This document shows, one piece after another, positions 10,742-20,450 of a DNA stretch of 64,000 nucleotides. The number at the start of each line of letters is the position of its first letter. The stretch's first letter is position 1. Source of the stretch: an uncultured Lachnospiraceae bacterium (lineage in GTDB: Bacteria; Bacillota; Clostridia; Lachnospirales; Lachnospiraceae); assembly GCA_937894905.1 (NCBI GenBank), contig CALAWD010000076.1, positions 22,600 through 86,599 of the forward strand, written 5' to 3'. The translations under genes and the position numbers were made by a program. A model generated the notes under the pieces. That model searched no databases. It had not been told where the DNA came from and saw only the letters and a program-made list of their open reading frames with translations.

Positions 10742-10777
10742 CGCCATAAAAAGCGCTATAAAACACGGAAAAATTTC

Positions 10778-10806
10778 TTGCATTCTTTTTATTTGTATGG
10801 TAAACT
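10778..10806 (+). promoter_or_regulatory. sigmaA promoter of rplS
   Basis: TTGCAT-17-TAAACT with extended TG. Confidence 0.6.
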
Positions 10807-10825
10807 GAACGAGTTGTGAAAAAAA

Positions 10826-10865
10826 TCGATGGTCCTCTGTACCGGTGTGGTAGTAAGAACATCTA
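10826..10865 (+). promoter_or_regulatory. L19 leader (ribosomal protein leader RNA)
   Basis: GATGGTCCTCTG...AAGAACATC hairpin just before the rplS SD resembles the Firmicute L19 leader. Confidence 0.75.
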
Positions 10866-10887
10866 AATATCAAGGAGGTCACACAAA

Positions 10888-11238
10888 ATGAATAGCGATT
10901 ACATTAAGAATCTTGAAGCTTCTCAGATGAAGGCAGAAGTTGCTGACTTTGCAGTAGGTGATACTGTTAAGGTACACAACAAGATTAAAGAAGGTAACAG
11001 AGAGAGAATCCAGATTTTCGAAGGAACTGTTATTAAGAGACAGGGTGGAAGCAACAGAGAGACTTTCACAGTCAGAAAGTTCTCAAACGGTGTTGGCGTA
11101 GAAAAGACATGGCCGGTACATTCACCATTTGTTGAGAAGATTGAAGTAGTTAGACATGGTAAAGTAAGACGAGCTAAGATTTACTACTTACGTTCAAGAG
11201 TTGGTAAAGCTTCAAAGGTTAAAGAGCTTGTTAAATAA
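10888..11238 (+). CDS. rplS: 50S ribosomal protein L19
   Basis: [32 protein letters not shown]. Confidence 0.98.
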   Translation: MNSDYIKNLEASQMKAEVADFAVGDTVKVHNKIKEGNRERIQIFEGTVIKRQGGSNRETFTVRKFSNGVGVEKTWPVHSPFVEKIEVVRHGKVRRAKIYYLRSRVGKASKVKELVK

Positions 11239-11256
11239 TTTTTACAGGTTACATGA

Positions 11257-11290
11257 AAAGTGGCTGGGGTTAATAGCTCCAGCCATTTTT
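11257..11290 (+). terminator. Intrinsic terminator after rplS
   Basis: AAAAGTGGCTGGGG...CTCCAGCCATTTTT. Confidence 0.8.
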
Positions 11291-11317
11291 GCAATATGAG
11301 AATATTGGAGTAAGAAT

Positions 11318-11890
11318 ATGAGCGATAAAAGTGAACGCAGAAAGAGAATAAGGCGGGAAAAAAGACGACAGAGAAGAAAAGAGAGAAGCTTTAAGCGGAC
11401 AGCCAGAACATTCTTTGGATGGTTGTTGTCTATTCTGATTGCAGTTGTGCTTGGCTATGGAGTGGTATCTTATTGTTTTCAGACGGTGTATGTGGTTGGT
11501 GATTCGATGAGCCCGGTATGTGTCAATCAGAACAAGGTTACAGTAAATAAGTTATGTTACCTTATAGGATCTCCGGATCGATATGATGTTGTAGCATATA
11601 GAAGTGTCGATACACCGGATGCTTATTATGATATCAAGCGTGTGATCGGTTTACCGGGTGAGACTGTGCAGATAAAGGATGGCAAGGTCTACATTAATGA
11701 TAAAGAGTTAACTGATACTCCGTTTAGTGATTATATCTTTACGGCAGGGCTTGCAGAGAACCCGATCACACTTGCGGATGATGAATATTTTCTTCTTGGA
11801 GATAATGTTAATAACAGTGAAGACTCTCGTTTCTTAAAAGTGGGAAATGTGAAGAAAGCTGAGATATTAGGAAGGATAAAGAAACGATGA
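11318..11890 (+). CDS. lepB: Signal peptidase I (paralog 1)
   Basis: TM helix, GDSM (Ser), IKRVIGLPGE (Lys), LGDN.NNSEDSR. Confidence 0.92.
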   Translation: MSDKSERRKRIRREKRRQRRKERSFKRTARTFFGWLLSILIAVVLGYGVVSYCFQTVYVVGDSMSPVCVNQNKVTVNKLCYLIGSPDRYDVVAYRSVDTPDAYYDIKRVIGLPGETVQIKDGKVYINDKELTDTPFSDYIFTAGLAENPITLADDEYFLLGDNVNNSEDSRFLKVGNVKKAEILGRIKKR

Positions 11891-12744
11891 ATATACAGTG
11901 GTATCCGGGACATATGACAAAAGCAAAACGTATGATGCAGGAAGATATCAAGCTGATCGATGTTGTGATCGAACTGATTGACGCAAGAGTACCGTACAGC
12001 AGTAAAAATCCTGATATAGATGCGCTTGCTGCAAATAAATACAGACTGATTCTATTGAACAAAACAGATCTTGCTGATGCGTCTGTGACCGCCGAATGGG
12101 AAGCATATTATAAGGAAAAAGGCTTTTTTGTTGCAAAGATCAATGCCAGATCCGGTGATGGTATGAAGAATATCAGTAATGTGGTAAAGGAAGCATGTAA
12201 GGAGAAGATTGAACGAGACAGAAAGCGAGGAATCATTAACCGTCCGCTTCGGGCCATGATCGTTGGTATTCCCAATGTTGGTAAGTCTACCTTTATCAAT
12301 TCTTATGCCAGAAAGGCGTGTACCAAGGTTGGAAACAGACCGGGTGTGACAAAAGGAAAGCAATGGATACGTCTTGGAAAAGATATTGAGTTATTGGATA
12401 CCCCGGGGATATTGTGGCCAAAGTTTGATGATAAAGAAATTGGATTACGGCTTGCATTTATCGGATCAATCAATGATGAGATTTTAAGTATCGCCGACCT
12501 TGCGTATGAATTGATCAAATTTTTACAATTAAACTATTGTCAGAGCCTTGTGGAAAGGTATAATATTAATGGTGATGACGACAGTGTTCATATTCTGCAA
12601 CAGATTGCCGAGAGGCGTGCGTGTATCAAAAAAGGTGGAGAATTAGACATCGATAAAGCGGCGGCTCTGCTGCTTGATGATTTTCGTTCGGGCAAGCTTG
12701 GCAGAATCTCACTGGAACGTCCGAGTATGGTAAAGGATAAATAG
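11887..12744 (+). CDS. rbgA: Ribosome biogenesis GTPase RbgA/YlqF
   Basis: IQWYPGHM, NKTD, GIPNVGKS, DTPG. Confidence 0.96.
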   Translation: MNIQWYPGHMTKAKRMMQEDIKLIDVVIELIDARVPYSSKNPDIDALAANKYRLILLNKTDLADASVTAEWEAYYKEKGFFVAKINARSGDGMKNISNVVKEACKEKIERDRKRGIINRPLRAMIVGIPNVGKSTFINSYARKACTKVGNRPGVTKGKQWIRLGKDIELLDTPGILWPKFDDKEIGLRLAFIGSINDEILSIADLAYELIKFLQLNYCQSLVERYNINGDDDSVHILQQIAERRACIKKGGELDIDKAAALLLDDFRSGKLGRISLERPSMVKDK

Positions 12745-12749
12745 TTATT

Positions 12750-13649
12750 ATGAAAGAAGATAATGAACGCGTAGAGGCGTTAAATGCAATATTTGATGAT
12801 GATCCCATGCAGAAAGAGCGTGAAAAAGAGATCAAAAAGCTTGAAAAGAAGCGTGAAAAGCAGCTTGCAAAGCTGAAGAAAAAGGGCATTGATCCGGAAC
12901 AGCAGAAATCAGAAGAAGCTGTAAAAGAGACAGATACAGAAGAAATGAAAGCTTCGGATAAGGCGTCAAATGAGGATGGAGAAACGATAACCAATTATTT
13001 TGCAGAGTCCGATCCACCACCATCGAATACTCGTGTTCTGGATGAAGATGAGCAGCCGAAAAAAAAGAAGAAAAAAGATAAGAAGAAAAAGCAGGAGAAA
13101 GAGGAGATCAATATCGTAAAAGATTTAATCAGTCTGGCCATCTATATTCTTGCGATCGTTGCGGTTTGTTGGCTGATCCTTACTTATGTGGGACAGCGTA
13201 CAGAAGTAAGCGGAGATTCCATGAATGATACTTTGCATGATGGCGACAGCTTATGGATCGACAAGCTGTCTTATCGATTCAAAGATCCCGAAAGATTTGA
13301 TATTGTGGTATTTCCTTATGAGGAAGAAGAGGATACCTATTATATCAAACGAATCATTGGTCTTCCTGGCGAAACTGTGTACATTGATGAAGATGGTGTG
13401 ATCTATATTAATGATGAGCCATTAGAAGAAAATTATGGTAAAGAAGTGATCGAAGAAAATCATCGAGGGCTCGCGGCGGAACCGATTACGCTCGGAGATG
13501 ATGAGTATTTTGTAATGGGTGATAACCGGAATAACAGCCGGGACAGCAGATTGTCGGATGTCGGTAATATTCATAAGGACAAGTTTGTTGGAAAAGCAGT
13601 ATTCCGTTTTACCGGTGGATTTGGTTTTTTAAATAAAGAAGAACAATAA
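12750..13649 (+). CDS. lepB: Signal peptidase I (paralog 2) with long charged N-terminal extension
   Basis: SGDSM, YIKRIIGLPGE, MGDNRNNSRDSR. Confidence 0.92.
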   Translation: MKEDNERVEALNAIFDDDPMQKEREKEIKKLEKKREKQLAKLKKKGIDPEQQKSEEAVKETDTEEMKASDKASNEDGETITNYFAESDPPPSNTRVLDEDEQPKKKKKKDKKKKQEKEEINIVKDLISLAIYILAIVAVCWLILTYVGQRTEVSGDSMNDTLHDGDSLWIDKLSYRFKDPERFDIVVFPYEEEEDTYYIKRIIGLPGETVYIDEDGVIYINDEPLEENYGKEVIEENHRGLAAEPITLGDDEYFVMGDNRNNSRDSRLSDVGNIHKDKFVGKAVFRFTGGFGFLNKEEQ

Positions 13650-13656
13650 GTACAGA

Positions 13657-13691
13657 TAAATGGCTGTCGTGTAAGAAACAACAGCCATTTA
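13657..13691 (+). terminator. Hairpin or terminator after second lepB
   Basis: TAAATGGCTGT...ACAGCCATTTA. Confidence 0.55.
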
Positions 13692-13709
13692 TGCTTATAT
13701 GAGGATAAG

Positions 13710-14483
13710 ATGGAGAACAAAAGAAAAAGTATAACAGAGATTAAAGCAGAATTTGCAAATGCAGATATCCATTCAGTCAGTCAGGTGATAGACAGATATG
13801 AGGAGGATAACAGAGAAGGTGTAAAAAAACTGATTCTTTCTGCTGAAAAAAAGATTACAGAATATCAAAAAGAACTTGAACGTATGAAGAATATGTTTGA
13901 ATACGAGAGACAGCATGCAGACTGTCAGTATATCTGTGGAATCGACGAGGTGGGACGTGGCCCGCTTGCAGGCCCGGTGGTAGCGGCTGCTGTCATTCTG
14001 CCAAAGGATTGTGATATTCTATATCTGAATGATTCCAAGCAGCTTTCGGAAAAGAAACGTGAAGAATTATATGATGAGATTATAGAAAAAGCGGTTGCTT
14101 ATGGAATCGGTATGGCGGATGAGAAGCTGATCGATCAGATCAATATTTTAAATGCAGATTATGAGGCCATGCGGATCGCAATCCATAAGCTGGCTGTAAA
14201 GCCGGATCTGTTGTTAAACGATGCAGTAAAGATACCGGAGATAGAGATACCACAGATATCGATCATTAAGGGAGATGCAAAATCAGCCTCAATCGCTGCT
14301 GCCAGTATTATAGCAAAAGTAACGAGAGATCGGTTGATGGTTGCTTATGACGAGATCTATCCGGGTTATGGATTTGCAAAGAATAAAGGGTATGGTTCAA
14401 AAGAGCATATAGAAGCGTTAAAAACACTTGGACCATGTGAGATCCACAGAAGGTCATTTATCACACATTTCTGGAAAGAATAG
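13710..14483 (+). CDS. rnhB: Ribonuclease HII
   Basis: GIDEVGRGPLAGPV, DSK, KGDAKS.SIAAASI.AKV.RD, KGYG. Confidence 0.96.
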   Translation: MENKRKSITEIKAEFANADIHSVSQVIDRYEEDNREGVKKLILSAEKKITEYQKELERMKNMFEYERQHADCQYICGIDEVGRGPLAGPVVAAAVILPKDCDILYLNDSKQLSEKKREELYDEIIEKAVAYGIGMADEKLIDQINILNADYEAMRIAIHKLAVKPDLLLNDAVKIPEIEIPQISIIKGDAKSASIAAASIIAKVTRDRLMVAYDEIYPGYGFAKNKGYGSKEHIEALKTLGPCEIHRRSFITHFWKE

Positions 14484-14510
14484 AAGTCAGAAAAAAGGGG
14501 AACAGTCAGT

Positions 14511-14882
14511 ATCGATCATTATAATACGAGAAAAAAGGGAACAGAATATGAAGATGTGGCTGCATCATATCTGAAAGATGCAGGGTATCGGATACTTGCC
14601 AGAAATTATCGGATTTCTGCCGGAGAGATCGACCTGATCGCAGGGAAAGACGGATATCTGATATTTGTAGAAGTAAAATATCGGAGTAACAGCAGACATG
14701 GTGCGCCGGAAGCAGCAGTAACGTCTGCCAAGCAGCGACAGATCAGTAAGGTAGCCGTGTATTATATGAAAAGGTATGGATATGATCCATATAATACACC
14801 GGTAAGATTTGATGTCATTGCGGTGGCGGAAAATAAGATCCGCCATATTGAGGATGCATTTCCTTATCAAGGACATTATTAA
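14511..14882 (+). CDS. YraN family (UPF0102) endonuclease-like protein; start uncertain (ATC 14511 or GTG 14556)
   Basis: NTRKKG.EYE..A..YL...GY.IL.RN, GEIDLIA, FVEVKYR, RFDV. Confidence 0.85.
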   Translation: MDHYNTRKKGTEYEDVAASYLKDAGYRILARNYRISAGEIDLIAGKDGYLIFVEVKYRSNSRHGAPEAAVTSAKQRQISKVAVYYMKRYGYDPYNTPVRFDVIAVAENKIRHIEDAFPYQGHY

Positions 14883-14894
14883 AAGTTATGAGGT

Positions 14895-15776
14895 ATGAAG
14901 ATGTATAACATAACATATATCAATCAGGATAAAACTACAGAGATAAAAGAGAAGAACGGAGTTCCTTATATCGTATTTAGGAATTTGGAACTGCCCGGTA
15001 TCGTGCACGGATTTTCAACGAGACTTGGAGGTGTCAGTGAGGGAATCTATTCTACGATGAATTTAAGTTTTCACCGTGGAGATGATATGGATGCCGTAAT
15101 GGAGAATCACAGGAGACTGGCACAGGCGGTCGGATACGACCACAGAAGACTGGTGTTTTCCGATCAGGTACATGAGACAGCGATCCGCAAGGTGACAGAA
15201 AAAGATGCCGGAAAAGGGATCACGAAGGAATCCGATATTATAGAAACCGATGGATTGATGACAAATGTAAAAAATCTGCCATTGATCACATTTTATGCGG
15301 ACTGTGTGCCGGTATTCTTTTATGATCCGGTAAAAGAGGTCGTTGCCATGAATCATTCCGGCTGGAGGGGAACGGTTAAGAATATCAGTCGCCATATGGT
15401 TGAAGCACTGAATAAGGAATATGGATGCAGAGCTTCGGATCTGATCTGCGCGATCGGGCCGTCCATTTGCCAGAAGTGCTATGAAGTAAGTGAAGATGTA
15501 GCCTGGGCATTTAAGAAAGCATATTTACCGGAACAGTATGAAAAAATGACAAAAAATATTGGAAATGATAAGTATTTGCTTGATTTACATCGGGCAAATT
15601 ATTATAATCTGACTGGTGCAGGTATATTACCTGAGCATATTAATGTAACCGACATATGTACATGCTGCAATCCGGATTTCCTGTTTTCACACAGGGCGAG
15701 CCATGGAAAACGTGGCAATCTGGGAGCTGTTATCATGCTGAAATCTACAGCAGACGGAGGAAACGTAAATGAGTAA
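14895..15776 (+). CDS. pgeF: PgeF/YfiH-family purine nucleoside phosphorylase (laccase-domain protein)
   Basis: [39 protein letters not shown]. Confidence 0.92.
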   Translation: MKMYNITYINQDKTTEIKEKNGVPYIVFRNLELPGIVHGFSTRLGGVSEGIYSTMNLSFHRGDDMDAVMENHRRLAQAVGYDHRRLVFSDQVHETAIRKVTEKDAGKGITKESDIIETDGLMTNVKNLPLITFYADCVPVFFYDPVKEVVAMNHSGWRGTVKNISRHMVEALNKEYGCRASDLICAIGPSICQKCYEVSEDVAWAFKKAYLPEQYEKMTKNIGNDKYLLDLHRANYYNLTGAGILPEHINVTDICTCCNPDFLFSHRASHGKRGNLGAVIMLKSTADGGNVNE

Positions 15777-17091
15777 ACCGATGGTTGCCATTGTTGGACG
15801 ACCAAATGTAGGTAAGTCTACATTGTTCAATGCATTGGCAGGAGAAAAAATATCAATTGTAAAAGATACACCCGGCGTAACAAGAGACAGGATCTATGCA
15901 GATGTGAGCTGGCTGGATTATAATTTTACGATCATAGATACCGGCGGAATCGAGCCGGAGAGTGACAATATTATCTTAAAGAGTATGCGGGAGCAGGCGG
16001 AGATCGCCATTGAGACGGCTGATGTTATCATATTTATGACAGATGTCAGACAGGGACTTGTGGATGATGACCATAAGGTTGTCCAGATGCTCCGTAAATC
16101 AAAGAAGCCGGTGATCCTTGTAGTAAATAAGGTAGACAGCTTTGAAAAATATATGAATGATGTATATGAGTTCTATAACCTTGGACTTGGAGATCCGATT
16201 CCGATATCCGGTGCATCCAGACTTGGAATCGGAGATATGTTAGATGAGGTTGTATCTCATTTTGGTGAAGAATCAAAGGATGCGGAAGAAGATGACAGAC
16301 CACGAATCGCCATTATCGGCAAGCCCAATGTGGGTAAGTCATCGATCATCAATAAGCTTCTGGGTGAAAATCGTGTGATCGTATCCGATATTGCCGGAAC
16401 GACCAGAGATGCAATCGATACCGAGATCATAAGAAATGGAACGGAGTATGTATTTATCGATACCGCAGGGCTTCGCAGAAAGAGTAAGATCAAAGAAGAT
16501 ATTGAGCGTTACAGTATCATTCGTACCGTGTCAGCTGTAGAACGATGCAATGTAGCAGTATTGGTCATTGATGCAACAGAAGGAATCACGGATCAGGATG
16601 CAAAGATTGCAGGTATTGCCCATGAACGTGGAAAAGGAATGATCATTGTTGTAAATAAATGGGATGCAGTGGAGAAAGACGACAAGACTATTTATAAGTT
16701 TACAAAGGAGATCCGCGAGAAGCTATCCTATATGCCATATGCGGAACTGTTATTTGTATCAGCAGCGACCGGACAGAGACTTCCAAAATTGTTTGAGACG
16801 ATTGATGCTGTTATCGAGAATCATTCACTCCGTGTTGCAACGGGTGTGTTAAATGAGATCATGGCAGAAGCGGTTGCAATGCAGCAGCCGCCTACAGATA
16901 AGGGAAAACGCTTAAAGCTGTTTTATATTACTCAGGTGGCAGTTAAACCGCCTACATTTGTAATTTTTGTAAATGATAAAGAACTGATGCACTTCTCTTA
17001 TACACGTTATATTGAAAATAAGATCAGAGAAGCGTTCGGTTTCCGGGGTACACCTCTAAAATTCATTATCAGGGAGAGAAAAGAAAAATAA
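15769..17091 (+). CDS. der: Ribosome biogenesis GTPase Der
   Basis: Two tandem G domains ([16 protein letters not shown]) plus KH-like C-terminus. Confidence 0.97.
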   Translation: MSKPMVAIVGRPNVGKSTLFNALAGEKISIVKDTPGVTRDRIYADVSWLDYNFTIIDTGGIEPESDNIILKSMREQAEIAIETADVIIFMTDVRQGLVDDDHKVVQMLRKSKKPVILVVNKVDSFEKYMNDVYEFYNLGLGDPIPISGASRLGIGDMLDEVVSHFGEESKDAEEDDRPRIAIIGKPNVGKSSIINKLLGENRVIVSDIAGTTRDAIDTEIIRNGTEYVFIDTAGLRRKSKIKEDIERYSIIRTVSAVERCNVAVLVIDATEGITDQDAKIAGIAHERGKGMIIVVNKWDAVEKDDKTIYKFTKEIREKLSYMPYAELLFVSAATGQRLPKLFETIDAVIENHSLRVATGVLNEIMAEAVAMQQPPTDKGKRLKLFYITQVAVKPPTFVIFVNDKELMHFSYTRYIENKIREAFGFRGTPLKFIIRERKEK

Positions 17092-17768
17092 TGTTAATCT
17101 TAGCAAGAATCATATGTCTGGTTGGAGGATATTTTTTTGGTATTATCCAGACAAGCTATATCTATGGTAAATTACACGGCATTGATATCCGGGAATATGG
17201 AAGCGGAAATGCAGGAACGACAAATGCACTCCGGGTTCTTGGAAAGAAAGCAGGAGCTGTTGTCTTTCTTGGAGATCTTTTCAAATCAGTTGCAGCCTGC
17301 AGCATCACACATATTATCATGAATGCTCTTGGAGTAGAAAATGTGTATCTGTTCGTAATCTATACAGCGGCAGGCGTTGTTCTTGGACATAACTTTCCCT
17401 TTTATATGCAGTTTAAAGGTGGTAAGGGAATTGCAGCAACTTCCGGTATTGCGATCGGTCTGCTTGACTGGAGAATTGCACTGATCGAACTTGGATTGTT
17501 CGTATTTTGTGTAGTAGTAACAAAGTATGTATCGGTAGGTTCTATTTGTCTGGTACTTGGTCTTCTGGTTTCCTATACGGTATTTGCTTACACAGGTTCT
17601 TATGGTTTTACATCTGATTCCATGAAGCTTGAAAGTTGTATTGTGCTGGGGCTGATTACCTTGCTTGCCATTTATCGGCACAAACAGAATATTGTAAGAC
17701 TGATAAAAGGTACAGAGAATAAGTTTTCATTAAAAGGGAAAACGAAAACGGAAGAAGAACAGGCATAA
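17091..17768 (+). CDS. plsY: Glycerol-3-phosphate acyltransferase
   Basis: GSGNAGTTN, GHNFP, FKGGKGIA, HKQNI.RL. Confidence 0.95.
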   Translation: MLILARIICLVGGYFFGIIQTSYIYGKLHGIDIREYGSGNAGTTNALRVLGKKAGAVVFLGDLFKSVAACSITHIIMNALGVENVYLFVIYTAAGVVLGHNFPFYMQFKGGKGIAATSGIAIGLLDWRIALIELGLFVFCVVVTKYVSVGSICLVLGLLVSYTVFAYTGSYGFTSDSMKLESCIVLGLITLLAIYRHKQNIVRLIKGTENKFSLKGKTKTEEEQA

Positions 17769-17827
17769 AAATATTGTTTGAGATTTATTCAACCATGAAG
17801 ATTTATAAGATGGAGAGGTAAAATAGT

Positions 17828-18829
17828 ATGATAATTGGTATTTTAGGAGCAGGAAGCTGGGGGTCAGCACTTGCAAACCTGCTGGCGGGAAATGGGCATG
17901 ATATAACTGTCTGGTCTATAGATGAAAAAGAAATCGAGATGTTGAACACATACAGAGAACAGAGAGATCGTCTGCCGGGCGTTCATTTGAATGAGACAAT
18001 CACCTTTACAACAGATCTGAAACAGACAATAGTTGGTAAAAAGATGATCGTATGTGCGGTTCCATCTCCGTTTATAAGAAGTACAGCAAAGAAGATCGCT
18101 CCTTATGTAACAAAGGATCAGCTGATCGTCAATGTAAGTAAGGGAATCGAAGAAGCAACACTGACACCGATCGTTGAGATCATTGAAAGTGAGATTCCGG
18201 GAGCAAAGGTGGGAGTCCTCTCAGGACCAAGCCATGCAGAGGAAGTTGGAATCGGTATTCCAACTACTGTTGTTGCTGGTGCGCGTGATATGGATACAGC
18301 GAAATTGATCCAGAATACATTTATGAATGATGTATTTCGTGTTTATACAAGTACAGATGTAACAGGCATCGAACTTGGTGGTTCGGTTAAGAATGTTATA
18401 GCATTGGCTGCTGGAATCACAGATGGACTTGGCTTTGGAGATAATACCAAGGCAGCTTTAATGACCAGAGGAATGGCAGAGATTATAAGACTTGGTACTG
18501 CTATGGGCGCTCATGTGGAGACTCTTGCCGGATTATCCGGTATGGGAGACCTGATCGTAACCTGTACCTCCAAGCACAGCCGTAACCGAAATGCCGGTTA
18601 CCTGATTGGTCAGGGAAAGAGTTATAAAGAAGCCATGGCTGAAGTAAAAATGGTTGTAGAAGGTGTATATTCAGCAAAAGCAACCCTGCAGCTTGCCAAA
18701 AAATATGGCGTCGATATGCCAATCGTCGAAGAAGTAAATAAGGTATTATTTGAAGGTAAACCGGCAAGAGAAGCTGTTGTGGATCTGCTTAGCAGAGACA
18801 GAAAGCCGGAACTTACGATCGAAGAATAA
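17828..18829 (+). CDS. gpsA: NAD(P)H-dependent glycerol-3-phosphate dehydrogenase
   Basis: GAGSWG, SKGIE, SGPSHA, KNVIALAAG, GDLIVTC.S.HSRN. Confidence 0.96.
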   Translation: MIIGILGAGSWGSALANLLAGNGHDITVWSIDEKEIEMLNTYREQRDRLPGVHLNETITFTTDLKQTIVGKKMIVCAVPSPFIRSTAKKIAPYVTKDQLIVNVSKGIEEATLTPIVEIIESEIPGAKVGVLSGPSHAEEVGIGIPTTVVAGARDMDTAKLIQNTFMNDVFRVYTSTDVTGIELGGSVKNVIALAAGITDGLGFGDNTKAALMTRGMAEIIRLGTAMGAHVETLAGLSGMGDLIVTCTSKHSRNRNAGYLIGQGKSYKEAMAEVKMVVEGVYSAKATLQLAKKYGVDMPIVEEVNKVLFEGKPAREAVVDLLSRDRKPELTIEE

Positions 18830-18835
18830 TTTTTT

Positions 18836-18865
18836 GACATACTTGGAAAAGCCGTTTCATATATT
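18836..18865 (+). promoter_or_regulatory. sigmaE-like promoter of spoIVA
   Basis: GACATA-16 nt-CATATATT. Confidence 0.65.
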
Positions 18866-18917
18866 ACATATATGATAATCTTTACATAGGGTACAAAGAA
18901 ATGTGCAGGAGGTATAT

Positions 18918-20390
18918 ATGGAAGGCTTTAACGTGTATAACGATATCAATGTCAGGACAAATGGAGAGATTTATCTTGGTATTGTCGGCCCGGTTCGAAC
19001 GGGAAAATCAACATTTATCAAGCGGTTTATGGAGATGATGGTTCTTCCAAACATAAAAGATGAGAATGACCGCGAGATTGCACTGGATGAGATGCCTCAG
19101 TCGGCATCCGGTAAGACGATTATGACGACAGAACCAAAATTCATTCCGAAAGAAGGAGTGGATATCCGTGTCGATGATGAGATCGACATGAGGGTTCGTT
19201 TGATCGACTGTGTCGGTTATGTTGTAGAAGGCGCAGAAGGCCAGACAGAAGATGGAAAAGAACGGATGGTTAAGACCCCGTGGTTTGATTACGATATTCC
19301 ATTTGCGAAGGCGGCAGAGATCGGAACAAAAAAGGTTATAAACAGCCATTCGACGATCGGAATTGTGGTCACCTGCGATGGAAGCTTTGGTGATCTCGAC
19401 AGAGAGAATTATATCGATGCAGAAGAAAAGACGATTGCAGAGTTAAAAGCGATCGGAAAGCCGTTTGTAGTTATACTGAATACGAATCGTCCCGGTTCGC
19501 CAGAGACAAAAGATCTGGTGGATTCGCTGGTAGATAAATACGGAGTAGCAGTGCTTCCGATAAATTGTGACCAGTTGAGCAGGAATGATATTAATGAGAT
19601 CTTTACATCCATGTTATACAGTTTTCCGATCACATGTATTAATTTTGTAATTCCAAAATGGCTGGAAGTATCTGAAAATGATAATAAGGTCAAAAAAAGT
19701 GTCATTGAAAATGCCATGGACATCATGAATGGTAACCAGCATATCTATGACATGGTTCACTGTTCGTTCCCTGAAAACGAATATGTGGAGAAATATACAT
19801 ATAACAATATAAATCTGGCAGATGGTTCGTTAAATGTACAGGTAACGATCTATAACAGATATTATTATGAGATGCTTTCCGATATGCTTGGAACAGACAT
19901 CCATAATGAATATGATTTTATAACTGAAATAAAAGATATGGCAGAAAAGAAGAAATTCTGCAATGGCGTTATGAATGCACTTGACAGTGTGAAAAATGGT
20001 GGATATGGGCTTGTAATGCCCGAAAAAGAAGATATAACGCTTGAGACACCGGAACTTATCAAGGCTGGCAACAAGTATGGCGTTAAGATCAAAGCAGAAG
20101 CGCCTTCCGTACATATGATCAAGGCGAATATCACAACGGAGATTGCACCTATCGTTGGTACGAAGGAGCAGGCAGAGGATCTGGTAGAGTATATTAAGAC
20201 CAGTACCGGAGAGAACGGAGAAGATATCTGGGATGTCAATATATTTGGCAAATCGATCGAACAGTTGGTAGAAGATGGCCTGAATACAAAGACAAACAAG
20301 ATGAATGTAGAAAGTAAGCAGAAACTGCAGGATACCATGGAAAAGATCGTAAATGATGGAAATGGAGGACTGGTCTGCATTATCATATAA
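18918..20390 (+). CDS. spoIVA: Stage IV sporulation protein A
   Basis: GIVGPVRTGKSTFIKRF, MTTEPKF, C-terminal GGLVCIII; AGGAGG SD. Confidence 0.97.
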   Translation: MEGFNVYNDINVRTNGEIYLGIVGPVRTGKSTFIKRFMEMMVLPNIKDENDREIALDEMPQSASGKTIMTTEPKFIPKEGVDIRVDDEIDMRVRLIDCVGYVVEGAEGQTEDGKERMVKTPWFDYDIPFAKAAEIGTKKVINSHSTIGIVVTCDGSFGDLDRENYIDAEEKTIAELKAIGKPFVVILNTNRPGSPETKDLVDSLVDKYGVAVLPINCDQLSRNDINEIFTSMLYSFPITCINFVIPKWLEVSENDNKVKKSVIENAMDIMNGNQHIYDMVHCSFPENEYVEKYTYNNINLADGSLNVQVTIYNRYYYEMLSDMLGTDIHNEYDFITEIKDMAEKKKFCNGVMNALDSVKNGGYGLVMPEKEDITLETPELIKAGNKYGVKIKAEAPSVHMIKANITTEIAPIVGTKEQAEDLVEYIKTSTGENGEDIWDVNIFGKSIEQLVEDGLNTKTNKMNVESKQKLQDTMEKIVNDGNGGLVCIII

Positions 20391-20450
20391 GCATATGAAG
20401 AACGAAAGCAGGGGTTTGCGTGGCTCCTGTGAGGGATAAAGGGAGAAACA

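Larger units (their letters stand above)
9682..10770. mobile_element. AT-rich islet at the tmRNA 3' end (possible island remnant) carrying fic
   Basis: Visibly lower GC, clustered inverted repeats and one accessory gene; no integrase or att duplication seen. Confidence 0.45.

Noticed and set aside
10742..10800. Duplicated ssrA 3' end (attR) closing the Fic islet
   Set aside because: No repeat of GTTCGAATCCCACCAGCTCCA was found, so this is not called an intact integrative element
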